Shown: positions 44,997-55,683, counted from the first letter of the stretch. The stretch is 64,000 bases of DNA from Oscillospiraceae bacterium (GCA_015065725.1 SVPV01000011.1:488-64487), one strand, 5' to 3'. The notes: generated by a model not told the origin, from the sequence alone. Numbers and translations: made by a program.

Positions 44997-47199
44997 TTGA
45001 AGCCTCTAAAAAATCCTTTAAAAGTGTATACCGCAAGGTTTTTTTGTTGTTTGCCTGCATTTCGTAAATTTCCGATTCACTTCCAACAATAACAAGCAGT
45101 TTTTTAGCCCTGGTTACTGCAGTATACAAAAGATTACGGTATTTAAGTTTAGACGGAATATCCATAAGCGGCAAAACTACACAGTCATACTCACTGCCCT
45201 GACTTTTATGCACCGTAACGGCATAAGCTAGCTCAATTTCACCTAAATTTTCGGTAAAATAGGTCGCTACCCTATCATCAAAACGAATTTTTAAAAATCC
45301 GCCTCTGATATCAATTTTTTCAATAAAACCTATGTCACCGTTATAAACTCCTATGCCCATTTCACCGTTGTCTTTTATCCATTCAAGGTCGTAGTTATTT
45401 TTAATTTGCATAACCTTGTCGCCCTCATACATTGAAAAGCCTTTAAAATTCACCTTTGGGGCGTTACTGTCTTTAGGATTAAGCTCTGCCTGCAAAATAT
45501 TATTAAAAGAAACCGTGCCTGTATCCGACTTTTTAGAGGGGCAAAGCACTTGAATGTCAGAAAGCGGATTAAAGCCGTATGCCTTTGGAAGTCTTTTAGC
45601 ACAAAGCTCTGTTACCGTACTTAAAACCTCAAAATTTTCAAACCGCCTAATAAAGAAAAAGTCGGATTTTTTATCGGTAAGATTAAGCTTTTCGCCGTCT
45701 ATAATGGCATGTGCATTGGTTACAATTAGACTTTTGCCTGCCTGACGGAAAACCTTTTTAAGTGCAATAGACGGAAACACTCCGCTATCCAACATATCAC
45801 CAAGCACATTACCTGCCGAAACACTTGGCAACTGATCGGTATCACCGACTAATATTATACGACAGCTACTACGAAGTGCCCTTAAAAGATTTTCAAAAAG
45901 CCTTGCATCTATCATAGATGCCTCATCAACAATTAAAACCTCACAGTCAAGCGGATTTTTCTCATTCCTTGAAAAAGTCTGCTTGTCCTCCTCACCCCAC
46001 TCAACTTCAAGCATACGGTGAATGGTTTTAGCTTCTCTGCCTGTAAGCTCGCTCATTCGTTTTGCGGCTCTGCCCGTGGGGGCTGCAAGCTCAATTAAAG
46101 CATTACGGTTTTCAAAAAGCTCAATAATTGCATTTAATGTGGTGGTTTTGCCCGTTCCTGGACCGCCTGTTAATATAAGCACACCGCTCTCCATCGCCTG
46201 CTTTATTGCCTCTCGTTGAAGTGACTGAAATTTGATTCCCAGCTTGTTTTCTACCCTATCGATTTCAAGGTCAGCCACAGGAATTGTATTATCGATATTT
46301 TCCTTTACCGACCTAAGTCTTGCCGCTATATAGCACTCTGATGCCGAATATTCGGGCAGGGAATAAAAAAGCTTATCGCCCTTATAATCTTCCGATATTC
46401 TCATTTCGGCTTTAAGCTCATTACAAAGCTCACCGATTTTATCACTATCTGCCTCTAAAAGTCCTGATGCCACCTCTATAAGCTTTTTTGCAGGCAGACA
46501 TGTATGTCCGTTCAAAAGATTTCGGCGAAGCACATATAGTATACCCTCTAAAAGCCTGTCCTTATTATCGGGCGGCAAACCCAAATCTTGTGCTATATCC
46601 TCAGCCTTCGGAAAAGAAAAGCCAATATCATTCTGACACAGCACATAAGGATTTCTCTTTATTATCTCACAAGCCTCATCGTGAAGCTTTCTGTATATGC
46701 GTACACACATCTCTACCGAAACATTATAAGGTGATAACAGCAGCATTATATCCCTAACGCTATATTGCTTACAGTATTCCTCTGAAATAGAGTAGGCTTT
46801 TTCTATAGTTATGCCCTTTATCGTGGCAAGCTCGGCGGGATTGTTTTTAATAATATCAAGCGTGTCTTCACCGAATTTTTTAACTATTTTATTGGCGGTA
46901 GACGGACCTACCCCCTTTATGACACCCGACGAAAGATATTTAAGTATAGCGGCGGCATTTTCGGGTGCCAAGTGGGTAAAAGATGTTGCAGAAAACTGCT
47001 GACCGTAGGTTTGATGTACGATATAATTTCCTAGAAATTCAACCTGCTCACCCTCATGTAAAAAGGGTAATGTGCCGACTACTGTTACAAGCTCTCTACC
47101 GCTTTTAACGGTGCATACGGTGTAGCTGTTAAACTCGTTTTGATATGTAATATTCTCGACCGTACCCCTTAAAACTTCGGTTTGATTTTGAACATCCAT
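44989..47199 (-). CDS. recD2: RecD2-type ATP-dependent DNA helicase
   Basis: Walker A GGPGTGKTT, VDEASM, GDTDQLPSV, AVTVHKSQGSE. 736 aa. Confidence 0.92.
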   Translation of the reverse strand: MDVQNQTEVLRGTVENITYQNEFNSYTVCTVKSGRELVTVVGTLPFLHEGEQVEFLGNYIVHQTYGQQFSATSFTHLAPENAAAILKYLSSGVIKGVGPSTANKIVKKFGEDTLDIIKNNPAELATIKGITIEKAYSISEEYCKQYSVRDIMLLLSPYNVSVEMCVRIYRKLHDEACEIIKRNPYVLCQNDIGFSFPKAEDIAQDLGLPPDNKDRLLEGILYVLRRNLLNGHTCLPAKKLIEVASGLLEADSDKIGELCNELKAEMRISEDYKGDKLFYSLPEYSASECYIAARLRSVKENIDNTIPVADLEIDRVENKLGIKFQSLQREAIKQAMESGVLILTGGPGTGKTTTLNAIIELFENRNALIELAAPTGRAAKRMSELTGREAKTIHRMLEVEWGEEDKQTFSRNEKNPLDCEVLIVDEASMIDARLFENLLRALRSSCRIILVGDTDQLPSVSAGNVLGDMLDSGVFPSIALKKVFRQAGKSLIVTNAHAIIDGEKLNLTDKKSDFFFIRRFENFEVLSTVTELCAKRLPKAYGFNPLSDIQVLCPSKKSDTGTVSFNNILQAELNPKDSNAPKVNFKGFSMYEGDKVMQIKNNYDLEWIKDNGEMGIGVYNGDIGFIEKIDIRGGFLKIRFDDRVATYFTENLGEIELAYAVTVHKSQGSEYDCVVLPLMDIPSKLKYRNLLYTAVTRAKKLLVIVGSESEIYEMQANNKKTLRYTLLKDFLEASNG

Positions 47200-47217
47200 A
47201 ATGCCACCTCTTTTCTT

Positions 47218-47556
47218 TTAAACTATATTTTTTATTACTCGCGAAAGCTCATCAGTACCGCAAAGAATTATCTCCCTATCGTCTGCTAACAGTTTGCAAT
47301 CCTCAAGCTCTTCAGAGTTTATACCATCAGTAAGGGCTATAATATATTTCGCGTAATCTTCCCCTAGCCAATTTTGCTGTTCTGCCGCAAATCTAAGCTG
47401 TGAAACTGCCGCTTCGGGCTTTAACACCACTACACAAAGCATAGGACTTTTCTTTGAGTTCATTATAGAGATAAGCTTTATTGCGTGTATACACTCACAA
47501 AGTCCGCCTATTGCTAAAACTATACTGAGTGTTATAAAAATTCCTTCAACTATCAT
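47218..47556 (-). CDS. Hypothetical small membrane-anchored protein
   Basis: One N-terminal hydrophobic helix (IFITLSIVLAIGGLCECI), then a soluble ~80-aa domain. GGTGGAG RBS. No family recognised. Confidence 0.5.
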   Translation of the reverse strand: MIVEGIFITLSIVLAIGGLCECIHAIKLISIMNSKKSPMLCVVVLKPEAAVSQLRFAAEQQNWLGEDYAKYIIALTDGINSEELEDCKLLADDREIILCGTDELSRVIKNIV

Positions 47557-47618
47557 AGAACTCCACCTCGATATATACTATGCGAGGTGGAGTAAATTGC
47601 TAAAACCTAAAAATTTAT

Positions 47619-48914
47619 TTATTTGACCGTCACAACCACACTATATTGACCGACCTGCCAAATTTTCGGGTATTTATCCGATTTTATAGTAACCGAAACG
47701 GTGTATTCGCCTGCCGTATGGTCAGAAAGATTAACTACTGCGTAAATATCATCGGATTTGATATTTTTGATATCCTGACTCGGTCCGCAAATCTTTACAT
47801 TTTTAATACTACCGTTTACCTTTGCCGTAAGTGTAGGACTAAGTCCCGAATACTTGATTTTTGAGCTTGATATAGTAAAGGTTTTTTCATTATAATTTGA
47901 GGTATCGATAGATACTGTAAAGAACTCAATACTATCAAGCAATTTAACGCCATCGGGCAATACAAGACTTGCTTCAAAACTGTTTGAAGTAGTAGAAACA
48001 CTTGTAAAATCAATCGGCGAAAGTGTAAGCTCGGTCATTTTTTCAACCACCTCAGGTGTACCTACTACGGTAACACTGCTGTGGTCTATTGTGTAGCTCA
48101 TATCCTTAGCCTCAAGTCCTGCAGGCAAATTGTTAAATGCCGCTTTAACAGGAAGCTTTGCTTTCTTAGAAATTGGAACCGATACCTTTACTTGTTTATT
48201 CTCAATAAACAGACCTGTCATATCAATCTCTCTGCCCTGAGCATCATATATAATTATATCCGCATTATAGGTCTGTGTAGAAGAAATAGTTTTGTTAACC
48301 TCTGCATAAGCTACCACGCTGTCGATTTTTTCCATTATTGCACGCGGTCCTTTTATACTGATTTTATTATCAGTAAGTCCGTTTACAACAGGTGTTTCAG
48401 CCACAAGTCCCTCGGTTGCAACTACGCCTACTATTTTAGGCGTTATTAAAAATTCTTTAGTATCAATAAAATCAAAGGTAACCTCAACCTCAGCAGGACT
48501 AATTCCCGCAAAGGTGTAACCTGTTTTATTGCTATTTCGTGAACCCACAAGAGCAAGCTTATAGGTACCCGCCGCGTTAACATCGGTAACATCGGCATTA
48601 AGAATGAAATCTTCGGGCTTTAAGGAACTTACAATATAATTCGGTCCACTTAACCTTACTGTAAACTTTTGAGACGATATATCGTTTGTTATACCAAGTC
48701 CCATTTCGCTCAAAACGGTATTTTCAAGCGAAATCGTAGCAGTTATATCGGTAAATACCTGTTCTCTTATAGGGTTTTGGTTTATCATTATAATAAGCCA
48801 TAAAACAATAGCAACACCTATTGAAAAAGGTATTGTAAACTTTCTGTTTTCAAGCAAAGGTTTAAGGCTAACTTTTTTACGGATTTCATCAATGAAATTT
48901 TTAATTTTTTTCAT
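47619..48914 (-). CDS. cdaR: CdaR (YbbR-domain) regulator of diadenylate cyclase
   Basis: N-terminal TM helix and repeated YbbR-like beta domains. Directly downstream of, and overlapping, cdaA. Start ATG 48914 (MKKIKNFIDE). Confidence 0.85.
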   Translation of the reverse strand: MKKIKNFIDEIRKKVSLKPLLENRKFTIPFSIGVAIVLWLIIMINQNPIREQVFTDITATISLENTVLSEMGLGITNDISSQKFTVRLSGPNYIVSSLKPEDFILNADVTDVNAAGTYKLALVGSRNSNKTGYTFAGISPAEVEVTFDFIDTKEFLITPKIVGVVATEGLVAETPVVNGLTDNKISIKGPRAIMEKIDSVVAYAEVNKTISSTQTYNADIIIYDAQGREIDMTGLFIENKQVKVSVPISKKAKLPVKAAFNNLPAGLEAKDMSYTIDHSSVTVVGTPEVVEKMTELTLSPIDFTSVSTTSNSFEASLVLPDGVKLLDSIEFFTVSIDTSNYNEKTFTISSSKIKYSGLSPTLTAKVNGSIKNVKICGPSQDIKNIKSDDIYAVVNLSDHTAGEYTVSVTIKSDKYPKIWQVGQYSVVVTVK

Positions 48915-49815
48915 CAGCTTTTCCCTCCGCCTTAATATTTGCTCCATGTTTAATCTTTAGAGGATTAATACGTTTAAGTGATTTTACAACAATATTTTCT
49001 TTTCTTTCCTCTGGAGTAATAAGGTATCTTCTAAGCTCTGCATTAGCGGATACGGCGTTATAGTTACGTTTTATCTCACCGTTTTTAACTATTGATATTA
49101 TTCCCGTTTCTTCGGATACAACAAGCACTATTGCATCGGAATTCTCGGTCATACCGATAGCGGCACGGTGACGTGTACCAAGCTGTGAAGAAATGTGCTG
49201 GCTTTGAGAAAGCGGTAATATACAACCCGCCGCATAAAGTCTGCCCTCACGTATAATCAAAGCACCGTCATGTAGGGGGGACTTCGGGAAAAATATGTTG
49301 TTTGTCATAGAGGTAGAAGCTTCTGCGTCTATAATTGTACCTGTGTTTATAATTTCGCCAAGCTGTGTTGCACACTCAAAAACTATAAGGGCACCTATCT
49401 TTTTTTCCTGCATAACGGCAGCAGCCTTGCAGACCTCATCTATACACGAGGAGAGCCTACGCTCGCCCTCTTGCGTAGAGGCGGCACCAAAACGGGTATG
49501 TCCCACCTTTTCAAGAATACGGCGAAGCTCAGGCTGAAATATTACCGCTAAAGCGATAACTGCCGAATCAACAATTATTGAAAGTAGCCAACGAAGAACC
49601 GCCAATTCCCACCAAGTTGCCAAGCCATATGCTACAAGCAGTATTATCAATCCCTTTACAAGCTGGCCTGCCCTTGAATCCCTTAAAAATTCAATCGCTT
49701 TATAAACTATTAAAGCAATAACAAGTATATCTAATATATCAAAAACGCGTATATTAGACACCGCATAAACTATTTGATTCCAAAAAGCATATAAACCGCC
49801 GAAAAAGGATTCCAT
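48901..49815 (-). CDS. cdaA: Diadenylate cyclase CdaA
   Basis: Three N-terminal TM helices plus a DAC domain (DGALII, GTRHRAAIG, VVSEETG). Confidence 0.93.
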   Translation of the reverse strand: MESFFGGLYAFWNQIVYAVSNIRVFDILDILVIALIVYKAIEFLRDSRAGQLVKGLIILLVAYGLATWWELAVLRWLLSIIVDSAVIALAVIFQPELRRILEKVGHTRFGAASTQEGERRLSSCIDEVCKAAAVMQEKKIGALIVFECATQLGEIINTGTIIDAEASTSMTNNIFFPKSPLHDGALIIREGRLYAAGCILPLSQSQHISSQLGTRHRAAIGMTENSDAIVLVVSEETGIISIVKNGEIKRNYNAVSANAELRRYLITPEERKENIVVKSLKRINPLKIKHGANIKAEGKADEKN

Positions 49816-49915
49816 AGCTCTATTCCCCTCCTGTATATTTTTGCACTAACATTTTACTTATATATATTATATTAACATATATAAAAACATCATTCAATAC
49901 CTTTCTTTAGTAAAT

Positions 49916-51040
49916 TTACATTTTTTTAATATTTTTTATAGCTCTTATTAAATAGTCTACCTCTTGTGTGCGGTTAAATACCGACGGCGACACTCTAACA
50001 GTACCGATTTTAAGCGTTCCTATGCTTTTGTGTGCTAGTGGTGCACAGTGAAGTCCCGCTCTGACCGCAATACCGTATTTATTGAGTTCTGCCGCTACTT
50101 CACCGCTTTCTAAACCCTTTAAATTGAAGCTTATAAGCGGCACATAATCACCCTCTTTAAAATCGTTATATAAAATAATATTATCGATTTTTAGAAGCTC
50201 ATTATATAGCCTTTTCATAAGCTTTATTTCGTGATTGTAAATGTTTTTAATTCCGTATTTTTTTACAAAATCAATACCTGCCGAAAGTCCTAAAATTCCC
50301 GATATATTAAGGGTGCCGCTTTCAAAATCTTCAGGCATTAGATTGCCCTGTACAAGATTTTCGGAATTGTTACCTGTTCCGCCCTCAATAACAGTTTTTT
50401 CAATTGGTGAGCGTGCAATAAGCAAACCTATTCCCATAGGTGCATAAAGAGCCTTGTGCGGTGCTACACAAAGATAATCGATATTCATTTTTTTCATATT
50501 TATATCAATTATTCCTGCGGCTTGTGCCGCATCTACACCGAACAAAATCCCGTTTTTTGAAGCTAATTGTCCAATTTCATAAATCGGCAAAATTTTGCCC
50601 GTTACGTTTGACGCCGCAGTACAAAAAATCATTTTTGTGTTTTTTCTTATAAGCGATTTAAAATTTTCGAGTGTTTTGCCTCCATCGGTTGCTACCTCGG
50701 CTATATCGTACTCTATACCGCTTTTTATAAGCGGTCGCATAACCGCATTATGTTCAAGCGAAGACACTATTATATGATCGCCTTTATTTAAAACACCCTT
50801 AATAACATAATTTATAGCAGCAGTACAGTTAGGCGTAAATATAACCTGTTCTGCACCGTCTGCATGAAAAAAATCTGCCACCTTTTCTCGTGCAGAGTAT
50901 ATTGCCAATGCGGCTTTTTCTGACCTTGAGTGACCGCTTCTTCCCGCATTTGCACAGTATTCACGAAGCGATTTATCAACCGCATTTATAACCGTCAAGG
51001 GCTTTTTTCCGCCCGTAGCTGCATTATCAAAATATATCAT
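49916..51040 (-). CDS. Class V aminotransferase / cysteine desulfurase family protein
   Basis: MIYFDNAATGGKKP, and PLP-Lys context APHKALYAPMG. ATG 51040 follows a GGGAGG RBS. Confidence 0.8.
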   Translation of the reverse strand: MIYFDNAATGGKKPLTVINAVDKSLREYCANAGRSGHSRSEKAALAIYSAREKVADFFHADGAEQVIFTPNCTAAINYVIKGVLNKGDHIIVSSLEHNAVMRPLIKSGIEYDIAEVATDGGKTLENFKSLIRKNTKMIFCTAASNVTGKILPIYEIGQLASKNGILFGVDAAQAAGIIDINMKKMNIDYLCVAPHKALYAPMGIGLLIARSPIEKTVIEGGTGNNSENLVQGNLMPEDFESGTLNISGILGLSAGIDFVKKYGIKNIYNHEIKLMKRLYNELLKIDNIILYNDFKEGDYVPLISFNLKGLESGEVAAELNKYGIAVRAGLHCAPLAHKSIGTLKIGTVRVSPSVFNRTQEVDYLIRAIKNIKKM

Positions 51041-51116
51041 TTCTCTACCTCCCAATATGAACTTAAATACAATTAAAGAGGGTTAAACCGTTATGAGCTT
51101 AACCCCCCTAGTAGTG

Positions 51117-51341
51117 TTAAATATTTTCTATTTCGCTCACCGCTAAAACCTTAACTCCCGCGTTTTCAAAAAGAGATAACGCCTTATCTATATTGCCGCT
51201 TGTAACCACCGTATATCCGCAACCCGCATTACCGCTTTTTCTCTCAATTTTTGCAGTAAATCCGTTGCGGCGTAGGATATCCCTACCCTTTATTGCATAG
51301 GTTACCGTTCCGGTGGTTATAACATATTTTTTGCTATGCAT
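51117..51341 (-). CDS. DUF3343 domain protein (putative S/Se carrier-like)
   Basis: ~74 aa (MHSKKYVITTGTVTYAIKGRDILRRNGF...) with a conserved Cys in GNAGCGY. Start ATG 51341. Confidence 0.55.
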   Translation of the reverse strand: MHSKKYVITTGTVTYAIKGRDILRRNGFTAKIERKSGNAGCGYTVVTSGNIDKALSLFENAGVKVLAVSEIENI

Positions 51342-51430
51342 AACAGTACCTCTGTGTTTCTTAAAATGCCGCAGTGCCAATCGTTTTTTAACTAACTACC
51401 GCCGCATTTCATTATATGCAATTTTTTCCT

Positions 51431-52501
51431 TTATGCCAAAGCCGTCTTTTCCCTATCAAGCTGTCTTTTATAGTAGGTTATAACTACTACGGTTGATATG
51501 GGTAACAAAAACATTCCTGCAATTCCGCCGATTCTAAGTCCTACAAATACCGTTATAAGCATTAAAAGCGGATTTATATTAAGCCTTTGTCCTATAATTT
51601 TAGGCTCTAAAAAATTTCTTACAATTAAAACCGTAATATAAATAACGATAATTCCTATTGCTACTCCACTATTACCGCCGATAAAGCATATAATGGCATA
51701 AGGCACCAAAACTGTACCCGAGCCTAAAACGGGCAACAGGTCAACAATCGCCGTTACCGCGGCAAAAAGCAAAGCGTGTTCTACCGATAAAAGTAAAAAG
51801 CCTACCCAAAGCTGACAAAAGGTAAAAAAGGATAGTATTAGATATCCGCCAAAAAGTCTTAAAACACTGCCTGTTAATATGCTTTTAATTTCTATTAAAA
51901 CCGCAAACTTTTTATCGCCTAGTATATTTTTTAAAAAGATTACAAGCCGCTTATAATCGCGGCTTATATAAAAGCTTGCCACAACCGTTGCCGCCGAGCT
52001 TATAATAAAACGCGGTAAAAATCTTACAGTAGACATCGCCGCCGAGGATACAATATCTGCAATAGAAGAAATTATTCTTTGAGAAAACTCCTCTAATGCA
52101 GTGGTTACCGAATCTCTTAACCCCGCAGGTAATTCCTGTGCCAAGTTAGTAATTATGGCTGTTAGTTTATAAAAAATATTGTCCTGCGAGTCAATATAAT
52201 CCTTAATTTCCGCAAATACGCCACCCGAATACCTGATAATTACCCACATTATAATCGCAAATAAACCACCAAGTAACAAATAAAAGCAGATAAGTATTGT
52301 TATTCTAAGTTTTCCCTGACCTACTCTTATTTTATTTTTCCAAACAGCACTTAATTTGTTCACCCAAAAAGAAATCATAAGTGCTATTAAAAAAGGCAAA
52401 AGAAAATTTAGCATAAATTTACCTACAAAGTAGCATAAAATAACTATTATTGCTATAAACAACGAATTGACGATGAATACTTTTTTTGTTTCATAATCCA
52501 A
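51431..52501 (-). CDS. AI-2E family transporter / YtvI-like sporulation integral membrane protein
   Basis: 8 predicted TM segments; sequence pattern recalled from the PF01594 (UPF0118) family. Confidence 0.6.
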   Translation of the reverse strand: MDYETKKVFIVNSLFIAIIVILCYFVGKFMLNFLLPFLIALMISFWVNKLSAVWKNKIRVGQGKLRITILICFYLLLGGLFAIIMWVIIRYSGGVFAEIKDYIDSQDNIFYKLTAIITNLAQELPAGLRDSVTTALEEFSQRIISSIADIVSSAAMSTVRFLPRFIISSAATVVASFYISRDYKRLVIFLKNILGDKKFAVLIEIKSILTGSVLRLFGGYLILSFFTFCQLWVGFLLLSVEHALLFAAVTAIVDLLPVLGSGTVLVPYAIICFIGGNSGVAIGIIVIYITVLIVRNFLEPKIIGQRLNINPLLMLITVFVGLRIGGIAGMFLLPISTVVVITYYKRQLDREKTALA

Positions 52502-52579
52502 TTTTTATCCTCCTTTAAAGTCTTTTTTATTTAAAGTTAACATAATCTTAATATTACCGATTTTTTTGAGAAATTTCTG

Positions 52580-52608
52580 TTGCTTTTTTTAAAAAAGAGT
52601 ATTATAAT
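52580..52608 (+). promoter_or_regulatory. Sigma-A promoter of the ACT-hom-ask operon
   Basis: TTGCTT (52580-52585), 17-nt spacer, TATAAT (52603-52608). Confidence 0.55.
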
Positions 52609-52640
52609 TAAAGACAACCGTTTTCGACAGGAGGACAGTT

Positions 52641-53069
52641 ATGCAAAAAAACGACTTTTTGCTAGTAAGCCCAAAGGTGCTTCCACCTGTGTTTGAGGGC
52701 GTTATTCTTGCAAAGCAGCTTTTGGCTGACGGCACTGCGGCAAATTCGTCGCAGGCGGCTAAAATGGCAGGTATTTCAAGAAGTGCTTTCTATAAATACC
52801 GTGATTATGTTTTTAAGGTGTCTGGCAGGCATTCTGACTATTTAAGTCTTAATGCCACCCTTACCGATAAAGCGGGAGTTTTTTCGGCCATAACCGCCGC
52901 ACTTTATAAAATAGGTGCAAATATAATTACAATACACCAAGGTATACCTATGGACGGCACCGCAGCCGTTTCGCTTACTATTGATAATAATGAAAATACG
53001 CTTTCTGCCGATGACCTTATAGAAACACTACGCGGTGTTGACGGGGTTCTTTCGGTAAAAGCCTTGTAG
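52641..53069 (+). CDS. UPF0735 ACT domain-containing protein
   Basis: N-terminal HTH-like segment (SSQAAKMAGISRSAFYKYRD) plus a C-terminal ACT domain. 142 aa. Confidence 0.7.
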   Translation: MQKNDFLLVSPKVLPPVFEGVILAKQLLADGTAANSSQAAKMAGISRSAFYKYRDYVFKVSGRHSDYLSLNATLTDKAGVFSAITAALYKIGANIITIHQGIPMDGTAAVSLTIDNNENTLSADDLIETLRGVDGVLSVKAL

Positions 53070-53096
53070 AAAATTAATTCAGAAAGGATAAGGTTT

Positions 53097-54323
53097 ATGA
53101 TAAATGTTGCTATTATGGGCCACGGTGTTGTAGGCTCGGGCGTAGCCGAGATACTTATATACCACGCCGACCGTATAGCCGAAAAGGTAAAGGACAAAAT
53201 AAACGTAAAATATATACTTGATTTGCGTGATTTTGACGGTCTTTCTTACAGTGACAAGTTTACTAAAGATTTTGAGAGCATTTTAAATGATGACGAAGTA
53301 AAGGTAGTAGCCGAGGTTATGGGCGGCGTAAATCCTGCCTATGACTTTGTAAAAAAATGCTTGCTTAGCGGCAAAAGCGTTGTTACATCTAATAAAGAGC
53401 TTGTAGCAGCAAAGGGTGCCGAGCTTTTGAAGATTGCTCAAGACAATAATGTTAATTTTTTGTTTGAGGCAAGCGTTGGCGGCGGTATACCGGTGCTTCG
53501 TCCTATGGCACAATGCCTTGCCGCGAATGAGATTAATTCGGTTAAAGGTATTTTAAACGGAACAACCAACTACATTTTAAATAAAATGATTGTAGATAAT
53601 ATGGACTTTGACACAGCCCTTTCTCTAGCACAAGAAAAAGGCTATGCTGAGAAAGACCCGACTGCTGATATTGAGGGACACGACGCCTGCCGTAAGGTAT
53701 GTATTTTAGCTTCCCTTGCGTTTGGTAAGCATGTTTATCCCGAGCAGGTTTATACCGAAGGTATTACAAACATTACTTTAGGTGACGTTGAGTATGCCGA
53801 CGGCTTTAACTGTGTAATTAAGCTTATAGGTAGCACCGAGCGTTTGGCTGACGGTAAAATTACTGCAAGCGTACGTCCTACCCTTGTAAGCCGCGACCAT
53901 ATAATTTCAGGTGTAAACGGCGTATTTAATACTGTAATGGTAAACGGCGACCAAACAGGCGACGTTATGTTCTACGGCAAGGGTGCCGGCAAGGAAGCCA
54001 CTGCTAGTGCTGTTGTAGCCGATATTATCGACTGTGCAAAGCATCTAAATGCCAGAAAATATCTTTTCTGGGAGGACGGCAGCGACGATTATGTTGTTTG
54101 CTCTGATAAGGCGGTTAAGCTTTATATCTATGCCGCAGGCGATGACTTTAATACACTTTGCACTAGTGCGGAAGCATTATTTGGCGAAAACGCTTCTTAT
54201 ATTAAAAACAAGTTTAAAAACGAGATTGCAATACTTACCGACAAAAAGCCCGAAAGCGAGCTACTTAAAGCCGCAGAGCAATTAAAGGCTAACACGGTTA
54301 AGGTAATGCACACTCTTTTCTAA
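53097..54323 (+). CDS. hom: Homoserine dehydrogenase
   Basis: IMGHGVVGSGV NAD-binding motif, catalytic domain, C-terminal ACT-like region. Confidence 0.9.
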   Translation: MINVAIMGHGVVGSGVAEILIYHADRIAEKVKDKINVKYILDLRDFDGLSYSDKFTKDFESILNDDEVKVVAEVMGGVNPAYDFVKKCLLSGKSVVTSNKELVAAKGAELLKIAQDNNVNFLFEASVGGGIPVLRPMAQCLAANEINSVKGILNGTTNYILNKMIVDNMDFDTALSLAQEKGYAEKDPTADIEGHDACRKVCILASLAFGKHVYPEQVYTEGITNITLGDVEYADGFNCVIKLIGSTERLADGKITASVRPTLVSRDHIISGVNGVFNTVMVNGDQTGDVMFYGKGAGKEATASAVVADIIDCAKHLNARKYLFWEDGSDDYVVCSDKAVKLYIYAAGDDFNTLCTSAEALFGENASYIKNKFKNEIAILTDKKPESELLKAAEQLKANTVKVMHTLF

Positions 54324-54340
54324 TTGGAGGTATATATTAA

Positions 54341-55549
54341 ATGGCACTAATAGTTAAAAAATTCGGCGGTTCTTCGGTTAGAGATGCCGAGCGTGTTATG
54401 AACGTGGCGTCCATTGTTACCGATGAATACAAAAAAGGTAATGATGTAATCGTTGTAGTTTCGGCTCAAGGCGATACTACCGACGACCTTATTGAAAAGG
54501 CAAAAGAAATTAATCCCAACGGCCCGTCACGTAGAGAAATGGATATGCTTTTAGCATCGGGCGAGCAGATTTCTATAGCACTTCTTGCTATGGCTATTGA
54601 AACACTCGGTTGCCCTGTAATTTCACTTCTCGGTTGGCAGGCAGGCTTTAACACCGACTCTCACCACGGTTTTGCTCGTATTAAGAATGTTAATCCCGAG
54701 CGTATGAGAGCCGAGCTTGCAAAGAAAAATATTATAATAGTAGCAGGTTTCCAAGGTCTTAATAAGTATGACGATTTGACAACTCTAGGTCGCGGCGGCT
54801 CGGATACAAGTGCGGTTGCTATTGCCGCAAGCCTAAAGGCTGACCGTTGTCAGATTTATACCGACGTTGACGGCGTTTACACTGCCGACCCACGCAAAGT
54901 ACCGAATGCTGTTAAGATGAATGAAATCACATACGATGAGATGCTTGAGCTTGCAACTCTCGGTGCACAGGTACTTAATAACCGTTCTGTAGAAATGGCT
55001 AAAAAATATAATGTTGAGCTTGAGGTGCTTTCAAGTCTTGAAAGAAAGCCCGGCACAGTAGTAAAGGAGAAGGTTAAAATGGAAAAAACCCTTATTAGAG
55101 GCGTAGCAAAGGATACAAACGTAAGCCGTATTTCAGTAGTAGGTCTTGAGGACACTCCCGGTGTTGCTTTTAAGATTTTCAATAAGCTAGCACAGCAGAA
55201 AATCAATATCGACATTATTCTTCAGTCGGTAGGCAGAAACAACACAAAGGATATTACCTTTACAACCTCTAAGGACAGGGGTGACGATGCTGTTGCCGCT
55301 ATTGAGTCTATGAAGGACGTTTTAGAGTATTCAAGCCTTACCGTTGACAACAACTGTGCAAAGGTTTCAATAGTTGGTGCAGGTATGGAAAGTAACCCAG
55401 GCGTTGCTGCTAAAATGTTTGAGGCTCTTTATGACGCAAATATCAACATTCAAATGATAGCTACAAGCGAAATTAAGGTTTCTGTTCTTATTGATGCTGA
55501 CTATGCTGATAAGGCAGTTCGTGCAGTACACGATAAGCTTGTTGACTAA
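54341..55549 (+). CDS. Aspartate kinase
   Basis: VKKFGGSS, GRGGSDTSAV, two C-terminal ACT domains. 402 aa. Confidence 0.93.
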   Translation: MALIVKKFGGSSVRDAERVMNVASIVTDEYKKGNDVIVVVSAQGDTTDDLIEKAKEINPNGPSRREMDMLLASGEQISIALLAMAIETLGCPVISLLGWQAGFNTDSHHGFARIKNVNPERMRAELAKKNIIIVAGFQGLNKYDDLTTLGRGGSDTSAVAIAASLKADRCQIYTDVDGVYTADPRKVPNAVKMNEITYDEMLELATLGAQVLNNRSVEMAKKYNVELEVLSSLERKPGTVVKEKVKMEKTLIRGVAKDTNVSRISVVGLEDTPGVAFKIFNKLAQQKINIDIILQSVGRNNTKDITFTTSKDRGDDAVAAIESMKDVLEYSSLTVDNNCAKVSIVGAGMESNPGVAAKMFEALYDANINIQMIATSEIKVSVLIDADYADKAVRAVHDKLVD

Positions 55550-55644
55550 TTAATAATTACGCTAAAAGCCCCACTTAAAAGTGGGGCTTAAAAATATGTT
55601 GCATAATATAAAAATTTGTGCTAAAATACTGTTAAATTAAAAAT

Positions 55645-55683
55645 GACAGTTCGTAACCATCCTGTCAGTAAACAAAACTATGG
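55645..55683 (+). promoter_or_regulatory. preQ1-I riboswitch aptamer
   Basis: GACAG-UUCGUAACCAUC-CUGUC-AGUAAACAAAACUAUGG has the same architecture as the T. tengcongensis preQ1-I aptamer (CUGGG-UCGCAGUAAC-CCCAG-UUAACAAAACAAGG). The 3' AUGG can pair with loop CCAU. The downstream gene is a YhhQ-type transporter. Confidence 0.75.
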
